DNA of 64,000 bases from a virus (lineage: Duplodnaviria; Caudoviricetes). A program made the position numbers and the translations under genes. The notes under the pieces were generated by a model. That model saw only the letters and a program-made list of their open reading frames with translations, was not told where the DNA came from and did not search any database. The stretch lies in the IMG/VR virus record IMGVR_UViG_3300010885_031309; one strand, 5' to 3'. This document shows positions 47,074-56,406 of this stretch, in pieces; the stretch's first letter is position 1; each line of letters starts with the position of its first letter.

Positions 47074-49268
47074 GTTATGTTGATGCTATTTTTGATCGCG
47101 AACGAGATACTATTCATGTAGTAGAGCGGTCGCACAACGGTCAGCGACTGTATCAACAGTATCCGGCTAACTATGTTTTTTATTATGATGATCCCAAAGG
47201 AAAGTTTCGTAATCTAAATCACGAGCCAGTAAGTCGCTTTAGTACCCGTAAGCGCGGTGAGTTCATAAAAGAACTTAAGATACACAGTGGAAAACGCAAA
47301 TATGAAAGTGATTTGAATCCAGTATTTCGTTGTTTGGCTGATAACTATTTGGATGCCGAACCTCCGAAACTGCACACTGTATTCTTTGACATTGAAACCG
47401 GCTTCAATCCAGATCGCGGGTTCGCACCAATCACTGATCCATTCAATCCAGTGACAGCAATCTCACTGTATTTGGATTGGCTACAGCAATTGGTTACACT
47501 GTGTATTCCTCCGCGACACATGTCATCTGAAACAGCGCAAGAGATAGCATCTCAATTTGAAAACACATTTGTGTTTGACAATGAAGTAGACATGTTCAAT
47601 GTGTTCTTTGACTTGATAGAAGATGCTGATGCTCTTAGTGGCTGGAATAGCAGTGGATACGATATTCCCTACATGGTTAATCGTGTCACGCGAGTTATGA
47701 GCAAAGATGATACGCGAAGATTTTGTTTGTTAAATCAGTTACCAAAGCTACGCAAGTATATTATGTTTGATCAGGAACAGGAAACATATGATTTAAGTGG
47801 CCGAATTCATATGGACTACTTGGAGTTGTATAAGAAATACAATTACGAAAGTCGTCATAGCTACAAGCTGGACTTTATTGGAGAAATGGAAGTTGGCGAG
47901 AAAAAGGTTCAATACGAGGGAACATTGGATCAGTTGTATAACAAGGATTGGAAAAAATTCTTAGAATACAACCGCCAAGACACCTTGTTGTTGTTTAAGA
48001 TCCATGATAAACTAAAGTTCTTGGATCTTGCCAACAGTATTGCTCATCAGAACACAGTGCTATTACAAACCGTAATGGGCAGTGTAGTAATGATTGAGCA
48101 AGCAATTATTAATGAAGCACATGCTCGTGGATTAGTAGTACCAGATAAAAGGAAAATTAATGAAGATACAGAACCAACAGCAGCCGGTGCCTATGTTGCT
48201 ACGCCCAAAAGGGGCATGCACGAGTGGATCGCGGCGGTTGACATCAACAGTCTCTACCCATCGGCTATCCGCGCTCTTAACATGGCACCGGAAACCATCG
48301 TTGGACAACTCAGACCCACTCTTACAGACAAATACATCGCAGACAAATTAGCCACTGGATTAGAATTCGCGCATGCTTGGGAAGGTTTGTTTGGAACACT
48401 AGAGTACTCTAGTGTAATCAACCAAGAGCGTGGAACAATGATTACCATAGATTGGGAGCGTGGTGGTAGCGAAACTGCCAGTGCGGCCGAAATCTGGAAG
48501 TTAATCTTTGACAGCAATCAACCATGGATGTTAAGTGCTAATGGTACTATATTCACTTACGAGCGCGAGGGTATTATTCCTGGATTGCTTACTAAGTGGT
48601 ACACTGAGCGTAAAGAGATTCAAAAGCAACTTAAAGAAGCAAAGAACGAAGAAGAGCGACAGTTTTATGACAAGCGACAACTGGTAAGAAAGATCCTCTT
48701 AAATTCAGCCTACGGAGCACTGCTTAACATTCACTGCCGGTTCTATGATATCAGAATTGGACAAAGCACTACTCTGTGTGGGCGTCAAATCGTAAAACAT
48801 ATGGGCTCTCATTTAAATGAGCAGATTACTGGGAATTACGATCATAATGGCGAAGCTATTATATACGGCGACAGCGTAACTGGAGACACAATTATTAGAA
48901 CAAGTGATGGTGATATGTCTATAGCTGATTTATTTGATCGGTGTATTGAACATGTTAAAGTTGGTGAAAAAGAATATGGAGTATGGAATGAAACTAAAGT
49001 ATTAGGATTCAATTCGGAATATATGGAAAAAATTGCTGCGCCACTAAACTGCGTAATGAGACATAAAACAAAAAAGAAGTTGTATAAAATTACTACTGCT
49101 AACGGAAAAACAGTAACTGTCACTGAAGATCATAGTGTAATGATTGATCGTGATGGATTTTTGATTGAATGTAAACCAACTGAAATTCTAGAAAATGATT
49201 TAATTATTACACTTTCATCAAAAAATTTCTGGAAACAGAACGGCGGCAGAGGTGTGGAAAAAAGATAG
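47070..49268 (+). CDS. polB: family B DNA polymerase, N-terminal part, fused to split-intein N half
   Basis: Exo motifs FFDIET, SGWNSSGYDIPY, YNRQD. Motif A AVDINSLYPS, motif B KILLNSAYG. Ends IIYGD|SVTGDT. Confidence 0.95.
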   Translation: MSYVDAIFDRERDTIHVVERSHNGQRLYQQYPANYVFYYDDPKGKFRNLNHEPVSRFSTRKRGEFIKELKIHSGKRKYESDLNPVFRCLADNYLDAEPPKLHTVFFDIETGFNPDRGFAPITDPFNPVTAISLYLDWLQQLVTLCIPPRHMSSETAQEIASQFENTFVFDNEVDMFNVFFDLIEDADALSGWNSSGYDIPYMVNRVTRVMSKDDTRRFCLLNQLPKLRKYIMFDQEQETYDLSGRIHMDYLELYKKYNYESRHSYKLDFIGEMEVGEKKVQYEGTLDQLYNKDWKKFLEYNRQDTLLLFKIHDKLKFLDLANSIAHQNTVLLQTVMGSVVMIEQAIINEAHARGLVVPDKRKINEDTEPTAAGAYVATPKRGMHEWIAAVDINSLYPSAIRALNMAPETIVGQLRPTLTDKYIADKLATGLEFAHAWEGLFGTLEYSSVINQERGTMITIDWERGGSETASAAEIWKLIFDSNQPWMLSANGTIFTYEREGIIPGLLTKWYTERKEIQKQLKEAKNEEERQFYDKRQLVRKILLNSAYGALLNIHCRFYDIRIGQSTTLCGRQIVKHMGSHLNEQITGNYDHNGEAIIYGDSVTGDTIIRTSDGDMSIADLFDRCIEHVKVGEKEYGVWNETKVLGFNSEYMEKIAAPLNCVMRHKTKKKLYKITTANGKTVTVTEDHSVMIDRDGFLIECKPTEILENDLIITLSSKNFWKQNGGRGVEKR
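48873..49214 (+). mobile_element. split intein N-half (Ser1, residues 602-715)
   Basis: Block A SVTGDTII; block B VTVTEDHSVMI; inserted after YGD in motif C. Confidence 0.9.
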
Positions 49269-49395
49269 ATTAAAGATTAAAACAGCAGAAAATTATGGAT
49301 TTAGAGTATTAGTTGTATGGGAATCGGATTTTAGAAAAGACAAGAACAAAACAATTGAAAAGGTGACAGAATGGATTGTGAATGGACAAAAGTAA
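49216..49395 (+). pseudogene. C-terminal relic of a Vsr-like homing endonuclease
   Basis: Frame +1 relative to polB, no start codon: HQKISGNRTAAEVWKKDRLKIKTAENYGFRVLVVWESDFRKDKNKTIEKVTEWIVNGQK*. Confidence 0.8.
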
Positions 49396-50390
49396 GTAAA
49401 ATAGAATGTTTAGGAGAAGTAGATGATTATGTATACGATATAAGTATAGAAGAACAGGATCCGTTCTTTTTTGCTAATGATATTTTAGTACATAACACCG
49501 ATAGCTGCTATTTCAGTGCATGGCCAACTTTGAGCAAGGATGAAAACTTCATGAAATCTTGGAACAAAGATGTGGCTGTTAATATCTATGATCAACTTGC
49601 AGAAAATACAAATCTCAGCTTTCCAGAATTTATGGAGCGAGCGTTTCATTGTCCGCGAAAGAGTGGAGCGATCATTAAAGCTGGACGAGAGCTAGTAGCA
49701 GATCGTGGTTTGTTTATTACAAAAAAGCGTTATGCCGTTAACATCTATGACAAAGAGGGAGACAGACTTGATTTGTACGATGAGAAGCGGGCAGCAAAAA
49801 AGGGTGTAATATCGGGCATGGGTAAAATCAAGGCAATGGGTCTTGATCTAAAACGCGCCGACACTCCCAAGTATATTCAGAATTTCTTGATGAATGTGTT
49901 GATTGATGTTCTTCGTGGACATGAACGACAAGCGATTGTTGATAAAATTGTTCAGTTCAAAACAGAATTAGAGAAGCAACCAAGTTGGACCATGGGAAGT
50001 CCCAAGGGCGTTAACAAGCTAACCTGGTATGGCGAACAGCAGGAAAAATCCGATAAAAAGATAAACATGCCCGGGCATGTTCGTGCTAGCTTAAATTGGA
50101 ATTATCTAAGAACACTCAATAACGATAATCACAGTCAAAAAATTGTAGATGGTATGAAAATAGTTGTGTGCAAGCTAAAAGACAATCTATTGGGAATGAC
50201 TAGCATAGCATATCCAACAGATGAATTGCGATTGCCACAGTGGTTCTTAGAATTGCCATTTGACGATAAAGACATGATTAATACATTGGTTGATGAAAAG
50301 ATTAATAATCTTATTGGAGTGTTAAATTGGAAAATTTCCAACGACATTAACATCAACAGTACATTTAACAGCTTGTTTACATTCAGTTAA
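49371..50390 (+). CDS. polB: split-intein C half (42 aa) fused to family B DNA polymerase C-terminal part
   Basis: VYDISI...FFANDILVHN|TDSCYF restores YGD-TDS. KKRYAVN, KAMGLDLKRADTP. Confidence 0.95.
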   Translation: MDCEWTKVSKIECLGEVDDYVYDISIEEQDPFFFANDILVHNTDSCYFSAWPTLSKDENFMKSWNKDVAVNIYDQLAENTNLSFPEFMERAFHCPRKSGAIIKAGRELVADRGLFITKKRYAVNIYDKEGDRLDLYDEKRAAKKGVISGMGKIKAMGLDLKRADTPKYIQNFLMNVLIDVLRGHERQAIVDKIVQFKTELEKQPSWTMGSPKGVNKLTWYGEQQEKSDKKINMPGHVRASLNWNYLRTLNNDNHSQKIVDGMKIVVCKLKDNLLGMTSIAYPTDELRLPQWFLELPFDDKDMINTLVDEKINNLIGVLNWKISNDININSTFNSLFTFS

Positions 50391-50407
50391 TTTGGATACA
50401 CTCACGG

Positions 50408-50436
50408 TTGACTTGTGTAACACATCGCACTATAAT
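50408..50436 (+). promoter_or_regulatory. sigma70-like promoter TTGACT-N17-TATAAT
   Basis: Near-perfect consensus upstream of AAGGA RBS and ATG 50458. Confidence 0.8.
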
Positions 50437-50457
50437 TTAACACATTAAGGAAAAAAC

Positions 50458-51186
50458 ATGCGTGACTATTTAGAAGATATTATTCAACATACTTGCAGTC
50501 TTGGAAATATTGATTTAATAAAGATTGTTGGCGATCAAAATGAAACTTCAATTCGGTCTTTGACCGAAGATCGTTTCGTAATATTGAACGGAAAATTCAA
50601 GAACCCAAATCAGCAATTTGCTGGTGTTTTTGGAATGCCAAATCTTCCAAAACTCAAGACTATTCTTGGTTTTGATGAGTATGATGACAGTGCAATCATT
50701 CAAATGACACATCAACAACAAAATGGAGTTAATGTTCCTGCTGCCATTCACTTTGAAACTAAAAGTGGTGACTTTGTTAATGATTATAGACTAATGGGTC
50801 AGACTATTGTAGAAGATAAAATTCGCGATGTAAAATTTCAGGGTGCTAGTTGGAATGTACAATTTGAACCAAAAGTCAGCAGCGTTATTCGGCTAAAAAA
50901 GCAATCTCAGGCCAACAGTGAAGAAACTCTGTTTACAGTTAAAACTGAGGGCGGACACTTGAAGATGTTCTTTGGTAACATGTCAACACACAGTGGAAAT
51001 TTCGTATTTGAAAGCAATGTAACAGGAGCTCTGCAACGAACTTGGCGCTGGCCAATTCGCCCATTTTTGGCAATCATGGATTTGTTGGGTGACAAGCAAG
51101 TGTACATTAGCGATCAGGGCGCTATGAGAATTACGGTTGATAGTGGACTAGTAGACTACGAATATTTGCTTCCTGCACAAACTTAA
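50458..51186 (+). CDS. probable DNA polymerase sliding clamp (gp45-like)
   Basis: 242 aa, alternating beta/alpha pattern, FGMPNLPKLKTIL; directly after polB. Confidence 0.65.
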   Translation: MRDYLEDIIQHTCSLGNIDLIKIVGDQNETSIRSLTEDRFVILNGKFKNPNQQFAGVFGMPNLPKLKTILGFDEYDDSAIIQMTHQQQNGVNVPAAIHFETKSGDFVNDYRLMGQTIVEDKIRDVKFQGASWNVQFEPKVSSVIRLKKQSQANSEETLFTVKTEGGHLKMFFGNMSTHSGNFVFESNVTGALQRTWRWPIRPFLAIMDLLGDKQVYISDQGAMRITVDSGLVDYEYLLPAQT

Positions 51187-51187
51187 A

Positions 51188-51532
51188 ATGATTAAGGCAC
51201 TTGTTTCAAATTCTACACATCTGACAGTAAGCAACGGTTCTATGTCATGGGTTTCTTCAAGTCCAAACTCAGGAACAGTCAGATATAATACAAACACTCA
51301 AACACTTGAAGTATCAGGTGATTATGGTTGGACTCAGTTGGGCACATACACTACTATTGATTTAAGCGAAACAACCCAAGAAGTTCTAAAATGGGCAAAT
51401 GAAAAGATGCAGCAAGAGAAACAATATAGTACACTTGCTGCTGAGTGTGTTTCAGTACAAGCGGCTCTTGAACAATTTGCCAAAGCTAAAGAGCAGCTTG
51501 ATATTATTGTTGCTTTGGCGCAAAAGAGGTAA
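51188..51532 (+). CDS. hypothetical protein
   Basis: 114-aa ORF in operon. Confidence 0.65.
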   Translation: MIKALVSNSTHLTVSNGSMSWVSSSPNSGTVRYNTNTQTLEVSGDYGWTQLGTYTTIDLSETTQEVLKWANEKMQQEKQYSTLAAECVSVQAALEQFAKAKEQLDIIVALAQKR

Positions 51533-51535
51533 ATC

Positions 51536-51754
51536 ATGTTTGAAAATCGTATTAAACATTTGGAACAAATGCATCGCGACTTAGATAATCAGATCACTAA
51601 TTTGGATACTATTCATCCTCATGTTGATGAAGTTCATCTACATGAAATGAAAAAGCAGCGACTAGCGATTCGTGATGAATTGAATTCTCTTCGTCGTAAA
51701 CAATTTGAAATGTCAAGTGGACGAGAGACAGAAGACTGGGCCGACGACCGTTAA
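51536..51754 (+). CDS. DUF465/YdcH-like coiled-coil protein
   Basis: LEQMHRDLDNQI...LHEMKKQRLAIRDEL. Confidence 0.75.
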   Translation: MFENRIKHLEQMHRDLDNQITNLDTIHPHVDEVHLHEMKKQRLAIRDELNSLRRKQFEMSSGRETEDWADDR

Positions 51755-51776
51755 ATTAATTTGGACTGAAATTAAA

Positions 51777-52133
51777 ATGATTGAAGATGCTCGTCGGGCT
51801 GCAAATACTGATCGTGCAATGAGAGTACTAAAGTGTTCCAAGCATAGTACTCTCATTTCAAACGATGTTAAAGATCTAAAGATCTCAGTTAAAATTGAAG
51901 CAAAAGTTTGCGATGACTTTGATTTCAATGGTATTAGACAACAGATCAATGATATTTTTACTAATTGTTCTCCAGAATCAGAAGACATTTGGAAGTGTGC
52001 GGATGACTTGTTTTTGCTATTAAGCGAAACATATAACGATAACAAGATTAGTATTAACATTACTGACAAAATCGGCTGTGGATTTACCACAAATTACTAC
52101 AACAATATCCCTCAACAAGTAATTAAAATTTAA
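51777..52133 (+). CDS. hypothetical protein
   Basis: Start moved to ATG 51777 to avoid overlap with the upstream gene. Confidence 0.55.
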   Translation: MIEDARRAANTDRAMRVLKCSKHSTLISNDVKDLKISVKIEAKVCDDFDFNGIRQQINDIFTNCSPESEDIWKCADDLFLLLSETYNDNKISINITDKIGCGFTTNYYNNIPQQVIKI

Positions 52134-52143
52134 GGATTAAAAC

Positions 52144-52353
52144 ATGACAAATCAACTTAACAAGATTTTTGAAGATCTAGAAAACTTTCGCGAATTTTGC
52201 GTAAACTATGGATATCGTTTTGACGAGTCCAATCTATATAACATGCGTAGTTATGCTTTTCAACAATACATGAAATTTGCAAGTGGAAAGAACGCAAAAA
52301 ACATGTGGACCGAGGACGCAAAGAAGTTTAATGCGACTGTAAGTAACTTCTAA
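52144..52353 (+). CDS. conserved hypothetical protein
   Basis: 69 aa; AAGGA RBS; FCVNYGYRFDE. Confidence 0.65.
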   Translation: MTNQLNKIFEDLENFREFCVNYGYRFDESNLYNMRSYAFQQYMKFASGKNAKNMWTEDAKKFNATVSNF

Positions 52354-52385
52354 AGTCTAATTAGCTGCTGAAGAAATTCAGAATT

Positions 52386-52415
52386 AATATGGCCCTGTGG
52401 GGCCATATTGTTTTG
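52386..52415 (+). terminator. intrinsic terminator ending the replication operon
   Basis: AATATGGCCC-TGTG-GGGCCATATT then GTTTTG. Confidence 0.75.
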
Positions 52416-52515
52416 TTGGTAAATCAAGTTAGCGATATACTCTAGGTATTTCTATAATCTAGTGTCATAAAACAAGAAACGACAATTACGAAGATTTATG
52501 GATTGTCAAAAAGAT

Positions 52516-52544
52516 TTGACAGCAAATCAGCTACATGATACTAT
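52516..52544 (+). promoter_or_regulatory. sigma70-like promoter TTGACA-N17-TACTAT; -35 lies within the palindrome TGTCAAA-AAGA-TTTGACA (52504-52521)
   Basis: Read directly, upstream of uvsE. Confidence 0.7.
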
Positions 52545-52572
52545 TCACTGTCTTAACAATTAATTTTATATT

Positions 52573-53607
52573 GTGACTATAAAGCGTATTGGATTTGCTT
52601 GTAAATGGATTGATCGTCCAGATCAATGTGACGGCATCAAGCCAAAGGACGATTGTGCAAAGTACAACACTGGCACAACTACTCGTGCTTGGCTAAATCG
52701 TCAATCTCGTGGTGTGGCTGAAGACAAGTTGTGGTCTTTAATGAAAGACAATATTGAGTCAATCAGACTACTTGTTCAGCGTGTTGGTACACTGGAACCT
52801 TCTCTGCGAATGGTTCGTCTGTCATCTGAGATTTTGCCCTTGTATACTGAAGCAGACTGGAAATATTTTTATCGTCAGTCTGATGTTGTCAGTTACATGG
52901 AACGACATTTTGCTACTGTTGGAGAAATTGCACGCGCAAACGATGTTCGTCTTAGTTTTCACCCAGGGCAATTTACCGTTATTGCCAGCGAAAATGAAGG
53001 CATTGTTCAAAACAGTCTAGCAGAATTAGAGTATCATACCGATATGATGCGTTGGATGGGATATGGTAATAACCTTCTTGAGACTAAAATAAATGTGCAT
53101 CTTAGTGGAAAGCTAGGAGTAAATGGATTCGATGCGGCATGGAATCGTATGAGTCCGGAATTGCGTAATATGCTAACCTTAGAGAACGATGAATTTCAGG
53201 CTGGACTTGATGCAGTGTTACAATTGAAACATAAAGTCGGGGTGGTGCTCGATCTACATCATCATTGGATTAACACGGGAGAATACATCAATGCAAATGA
53301 CTCGCGTATTAAAGAAGTTATTGAAAGCTGGTGTCGTGACGGCGGTAATCGGAGACCCACCATTCATTACAGTGTTAGTCGCGAAGATGTTCTTGACGAA
53401 CATTCTATTGATCAACAGCCGTTTCGTGACGCACTGATAGAATCTGGGCATAAAAAGGCAAAACTTCGTGCTCACAGTGATCGCATGTGGAATATCGCGA
53501 CAAATAAGTGGGCACGACAGCATTGGGAATGGGCCGATTGTATGATAGAAGCAAAAATGAAGAATATCGCCAGCAAAGAATTGTTTGAGCAATGGTCTAA
53601 GACTTAG
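52573..53607 (+). CDS. uvsE: UV damage endonuclease
   Basis: RIGFACK, RMVRLSSEILP, RLSFHPGQF, LTLENDE, LDLHHHW, HYSVSRE, LRAHSD, MIEAKMK. Confidence 0.92.
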   Translation: MTIKRIGFACKWIDRPDQCDGIKPKDDCAKYNTGTTTRAWLNRQSRGVAEDKLWSLMKDNIESIRLLVQRVGTLEPSLRMVRLSSEILPLYTEADWKYFYRQSDVVSYMERHFATVGEIARANDVRLSFHPGQFTVIASENEGIVQNSLAELEYHTDMMRWMGYGNNLLETKINVHLSGKLGVNGFDAAWNRMSPELRNMLTLENDEFQAGLDAVLQLKHKVGVVLDLHHHWINTGEYINANDSRIKEVIESWCRDGGNRRPTIHYSVSREDVLDEHSIDQQPFRDALIESGHKKAKLRAHSDRMWNIATNKWARQHWEWADCMIEAKMKNIASKELFEQWSKT

Positions 53608-53731
53608 CCTTGCAATTATCAAAATGATGACGCGATAAATTACTTTTGCCTCCAGTTATTCCACAATAACAGCAAGTTACAATCTGCTGTTTGTATCCTT
53701 TTTTTGGCCCACCTGAGAACTTGTATTCACC
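53597..53731 (-). pseudogene. relic of a homing-endonuclease C-terminal zinc finger
   Basis: Minus strand reads GEYKFSGGPKKGYKQQIVTCCYCGITGGKSNLSRHHFDNCKAKS*; no start codon found. Confidence 0.65.
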
Positions 53732-53752
53732 AGAAATATATAAATAGATATT

Positions 53753-54247
53753 ATGTTTGATAAGATTAAAAAGTTATTCAGTAAGTCTGACTCTACACAA
53801 TCTCAGAAAGTTAGTGCGACCGATTCCAAGCCTGAGACGAAACAGCCGCCCGCGAAAAAGACAAGAAAGCCGCGTCAACCAAAAAAAGCTGTAGTCACTT
53901 CACCGAAGATTGAGCTATCGGAAAAAGAACAAGCGACGCTAGCAGATAAGCCCTATATTTCTATTTTGAAAGTGGATGTTGATCCAACCAATATCAATTC
54001 TGGACAATTTGAGTTGGATTGGAACGATAAGTTTGTATTGAATTTGATTCGTGCTGGTTACAAAATCCGCGAGGACGATACAGACAATAATATAGTGGAT
54101 CGTTGGTTTCAAACTGTTTGCAGAAATATCGCTTTGGAAGTATATGAACAACAGGCAGCCGATCTTACTGACAGAAAGAATGTAAACTCTGATGTTAGAT
54201 CGGTTCAGGCTCGCGATCTTGGAAACGGGCGTACTGAAGTCAGTTAA
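53753..54247 (+). CDS. conserved hypothetical protein
   Basis: TATAAATA at 53739. FELDWNDKFVLNLIRAGY...IVDRWFQTVCRNI. Confidence 0.75.
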   Translation: MFDKIKKLFSKSDSTQSQKVSATDSKPETKQPPAKKTRKPRQPKKAVVTSPKIELSEKEQATLADKPYISILKVDVDPTNINSGQFELDWNDKFVLNLIRAGYKIREDDTDNNIVDRWFQTVCRNIALEVYEQQAADLTDRKNVNSDVRSVQARDLGNGRTEVS

Positions 54248-54295
54248 AATTAATAATTAATATATAATTTAATTTTCTACTACTTGATTATTTAA

Positions 54296-54817
54296 ATGGC
54301 TAAATCAAAAGTTTCAATTAATAAGATTTTTGTTCCTATGGATCAAAGACCTAGATGCACACACCCAAATTGTAATGAGCCCGCGCAGCATATGGGCACG
54401 TATCGTTTAGATGGCACACCTCATTTTAGAAAACTATGCTTTAAACATCACATGATCAGCGTGGCTAAATCTCTGGGTTACAGTTCCATTGCCGATTTTC
54501 AATTCGCTGTGCATGAGAAAACAGCGAAAAAGAAGGGATACGAGTCTGTTACAGAGTACAAGAACTCAAAACATCCTTATAGAAAATATCGTAAAGATTA
54601 TTGTGAAAATCGCGATGGGCGGTTGGGCTATAAGTGTAGAGTTAAGATAAGACATTCTGCTCAATTACAAGTTGACCATATCAATGGCAATCCAACTGAC
54701 AATCGTGAGAAGAATCTACAAACATTATGTGTGCTATGTCATGTTTTCAAAACACATGAAAATAAGGACTACATCACTCCCGGAAGAAAACATTTCAGTA
54801 ATTATGTGGAAAATTGA
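54296..54817 (+). CDS. HNH endonuclease
   Basis: LQVDHINGNPTDNREKNLQTLCVLCHVFKTHEN. Confidence 0.85.
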   Translation: MAKSKVSINKIFVPMDQRPRCTHPNCNEPAQHMGTYRLDGTPHFRKLCFKHHMISVAKSLGYSSIADFQFAVHEKTAKKKGYESVTEYKNSKHPYRKYRKDYCENRDGRLGYKCRVKIRHSAQLQVDHINGNPTDNREKNLQTLCVLCHVFKTHENKDYITPGRKHFSNYVEN

Positions 54818-54842
54818 CATTAATTGATAATAGTAGTATACT
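54814..54842 (+). promoter_or_regulatory. sigma70-like promoter TTGACA-N17-TATACT
   Basis: Upstream of ATG 54877. Confidence 0.75.
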
Positions 54843-54876
54843 TAATCAACTTACATAGCTATATCTAATCATTCAC

Positions 54877-55923
54877 ATGAAGTACATCATCGTAGACACG
54901 GCTAATCTTTTCTTTAAGAGTAGACATGTTGCCAGTCGTCAAAGCACAGACTGGGAACGAATTGGAATGGCAATTCATCTGACGCTGGCCAGTGTCAACA
55001 GTCTTGTGCGTAAATTCAGCGACGGACAGCCAACTCATGTTGTATTTGCACTAGAGGGTCGCAGTTGGCGCAAGGATTTTTATGCTCCCTACAAGGCTAA
55101 TCGTGTTGTTGCTAAACAAGCACTGACCGAGGCTGAGCTTAAGCAGGATCAAATGTATTGGACCGCGTATGAGCAGTTTACTAACTTTTTGATTGAGCAG
55201 ACAAATACCAGTGTGTTGCGTTGTCCTACTGCTGAGGCAGATGACATTATTGCTAGATTTATTGCACTACATCCAGATGATGAACACACTATTGTTAGTA
55301 GTGATGGTGATTTTTATCAGTTGGTGTCATCAAATGTAAAGCAATACAACAGTTTGAATGCAATGTTGATCACTGACAGTGGAATCTACGATGATCGTGG
55401 ACGCAAGGTTGCATTTACATTGGACGGCAAAAGCAAGATCAAGATCGGTAAACCCGATGCTAATTTTGTTTCTCCAGAAAACTGGGTTGAGTATGGATTG
55501 TTTCTCAAGTGTGTGCGCGGCGATACTGGTGACAATGTGTTTAGTGCCTATCCTGGTGTTCGTGAGCGGGGAACAAAAAATAAGCCGGGACTAAAAGAAG
55601 CATTTGATGATCGTGATCGTCGTGGCTTTGCATGGAATAATCTTATGCTGCAACGATGGACCGATCATAACAACGAGGAGCACAAAGTTCTTGTTGATTA
55701 TGAGCGTAACCGAGTGTTGATTGATTTGAAATGTCATCCAGAACAGATTAGACAAACTGTTGATGAGTCCATCAAAGCTGGAATAAAGAAGACGAGAGTG
55801 TCCAATGTTGGCATTTATTTTATGAAATTCTGCGGTAAGTTTGAACTGAATAAAATCAGCGACAGCCCGGATTCGTATGCACGATGGTTGAATAACTCAT
55901 ATGCTGGGAAACTAGTGTCTTAA
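54877..55923 (+). CDS. rnh: T4 RNase H / FEN-type 5'-3' exonuclease
   Basis: IVDTANLFF, FALEGRSWRK, AEADDII, IVSSDGDFYQL, VRGDTGDNV. Confidence 0.88.
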   Translation: MKYIIVDTANLFFKSRHVASRQSTDWERIGMAIHLTLASVNSLVRKFSDGQPTHVVFALEGRSWRKDFYAPYKANRVVAKQALTEAELKQDQMYWTAYEQFTNFLIEQTNTSVLRCPTAEADDIIARFIALHPDDEHTIVSSDGDFYQLVSSNVKQYNSLNAMLITDSGIYDDRGRKVAFTLDGKSKIKIGKPDANFVSPENWVEYGLFLKCVRGDTGDNVFSAYPGVRERGTKNKPGLKEAFDDRDRRGFAWNNLMLQRWTDHNNEEHKVLVDYERNRVLIDLKCHPEQIRQTVDESIKAGIKKTRVSNVGIYFMKFCGKFELNKISDSPDSYARWLNNSYAGKLVS

Positions 55924-55948
55924 TTTGATCTTAACAAGAGAAGTATAA

Positions 55949-56095
55949 ATGAAACTTATTTTTGATGACTTTAATGGTGTTTGGGTTTGGGTGTCTGAGA
56001 CAGATGAGGATGTTGAGCTAAGCCCACAGTTTGATGAAGAATTTTATGCGGTTCAATGGCAGAAGCGTATGAAAAAAATCTTTACTGGAAAGTAA
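55949..56095 (+). CDS. 48-aa small protein (paralog A), not in the ORF track
   Basis: MKLIFDDFNGVWVWVSETDEDVELSPQFDEEFYAVQWQKRMKKIFTGK*; AAGAG RBS; paralog at 56407. Confidence 0.7.
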   Translation: MKLIFDDFNGVWVWVSETDEDVELSPQFDEEFYAVQWQKRMKKIFTGK

Positions 56096-56098
56096 ACT

Positions 56099-56404
56099 AT
56101 GCTGAAATTCAAGTTCATTGGATGGTGTAAAGATAGCAGCCATGACAAAGTATGGGGTGTTATATTTATTGATCAATCGGAAGAACGAACATACACTGGA
56201 GAACGGGTTTTAGTATTCTGGGGTCGCCGCGGCTCTAAATTACAAACCAAGTTAGATTACAACACCAACAAAATATCACGCTTGATTGACTCAAAGCGCG
56301 ACAAGGGATATCGTCAAATTGACCGAAGTGATCTAGATCAAGTTTACCCAGAATTTCAAAGTGATTTAGAGAAAACTGCCGTTTGGGCAATATTGAGTAG
56401 TTAA
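56099..56404 (+). CDS. WGR-domain-like protein
   Basis: HDKVWG...VFWGRRGSKLQTK...SKRDKGYRQ. Confidence 0.65.
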   Translation: MLKFKFIGWCKDSSHDKVWGVIFIDQSEERTYTGERVLVFWGRRGSKLQTKLDYNTNKISRLIDSKRDKGYRQIDRSDLDQVYPEFQSDLEKTAVWAILSS

Positions 56405-56406
56405 TT

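Noticed and set aside
49266-49371. Stop-codon recoding (TAG=Gln) or a single sequencing frameshift explaining the polB break
   Set aside because: A TAA follows four codons after the TAG in frame, other genes are intact under code 11, and the intervening relic has its own stop in a different frame.
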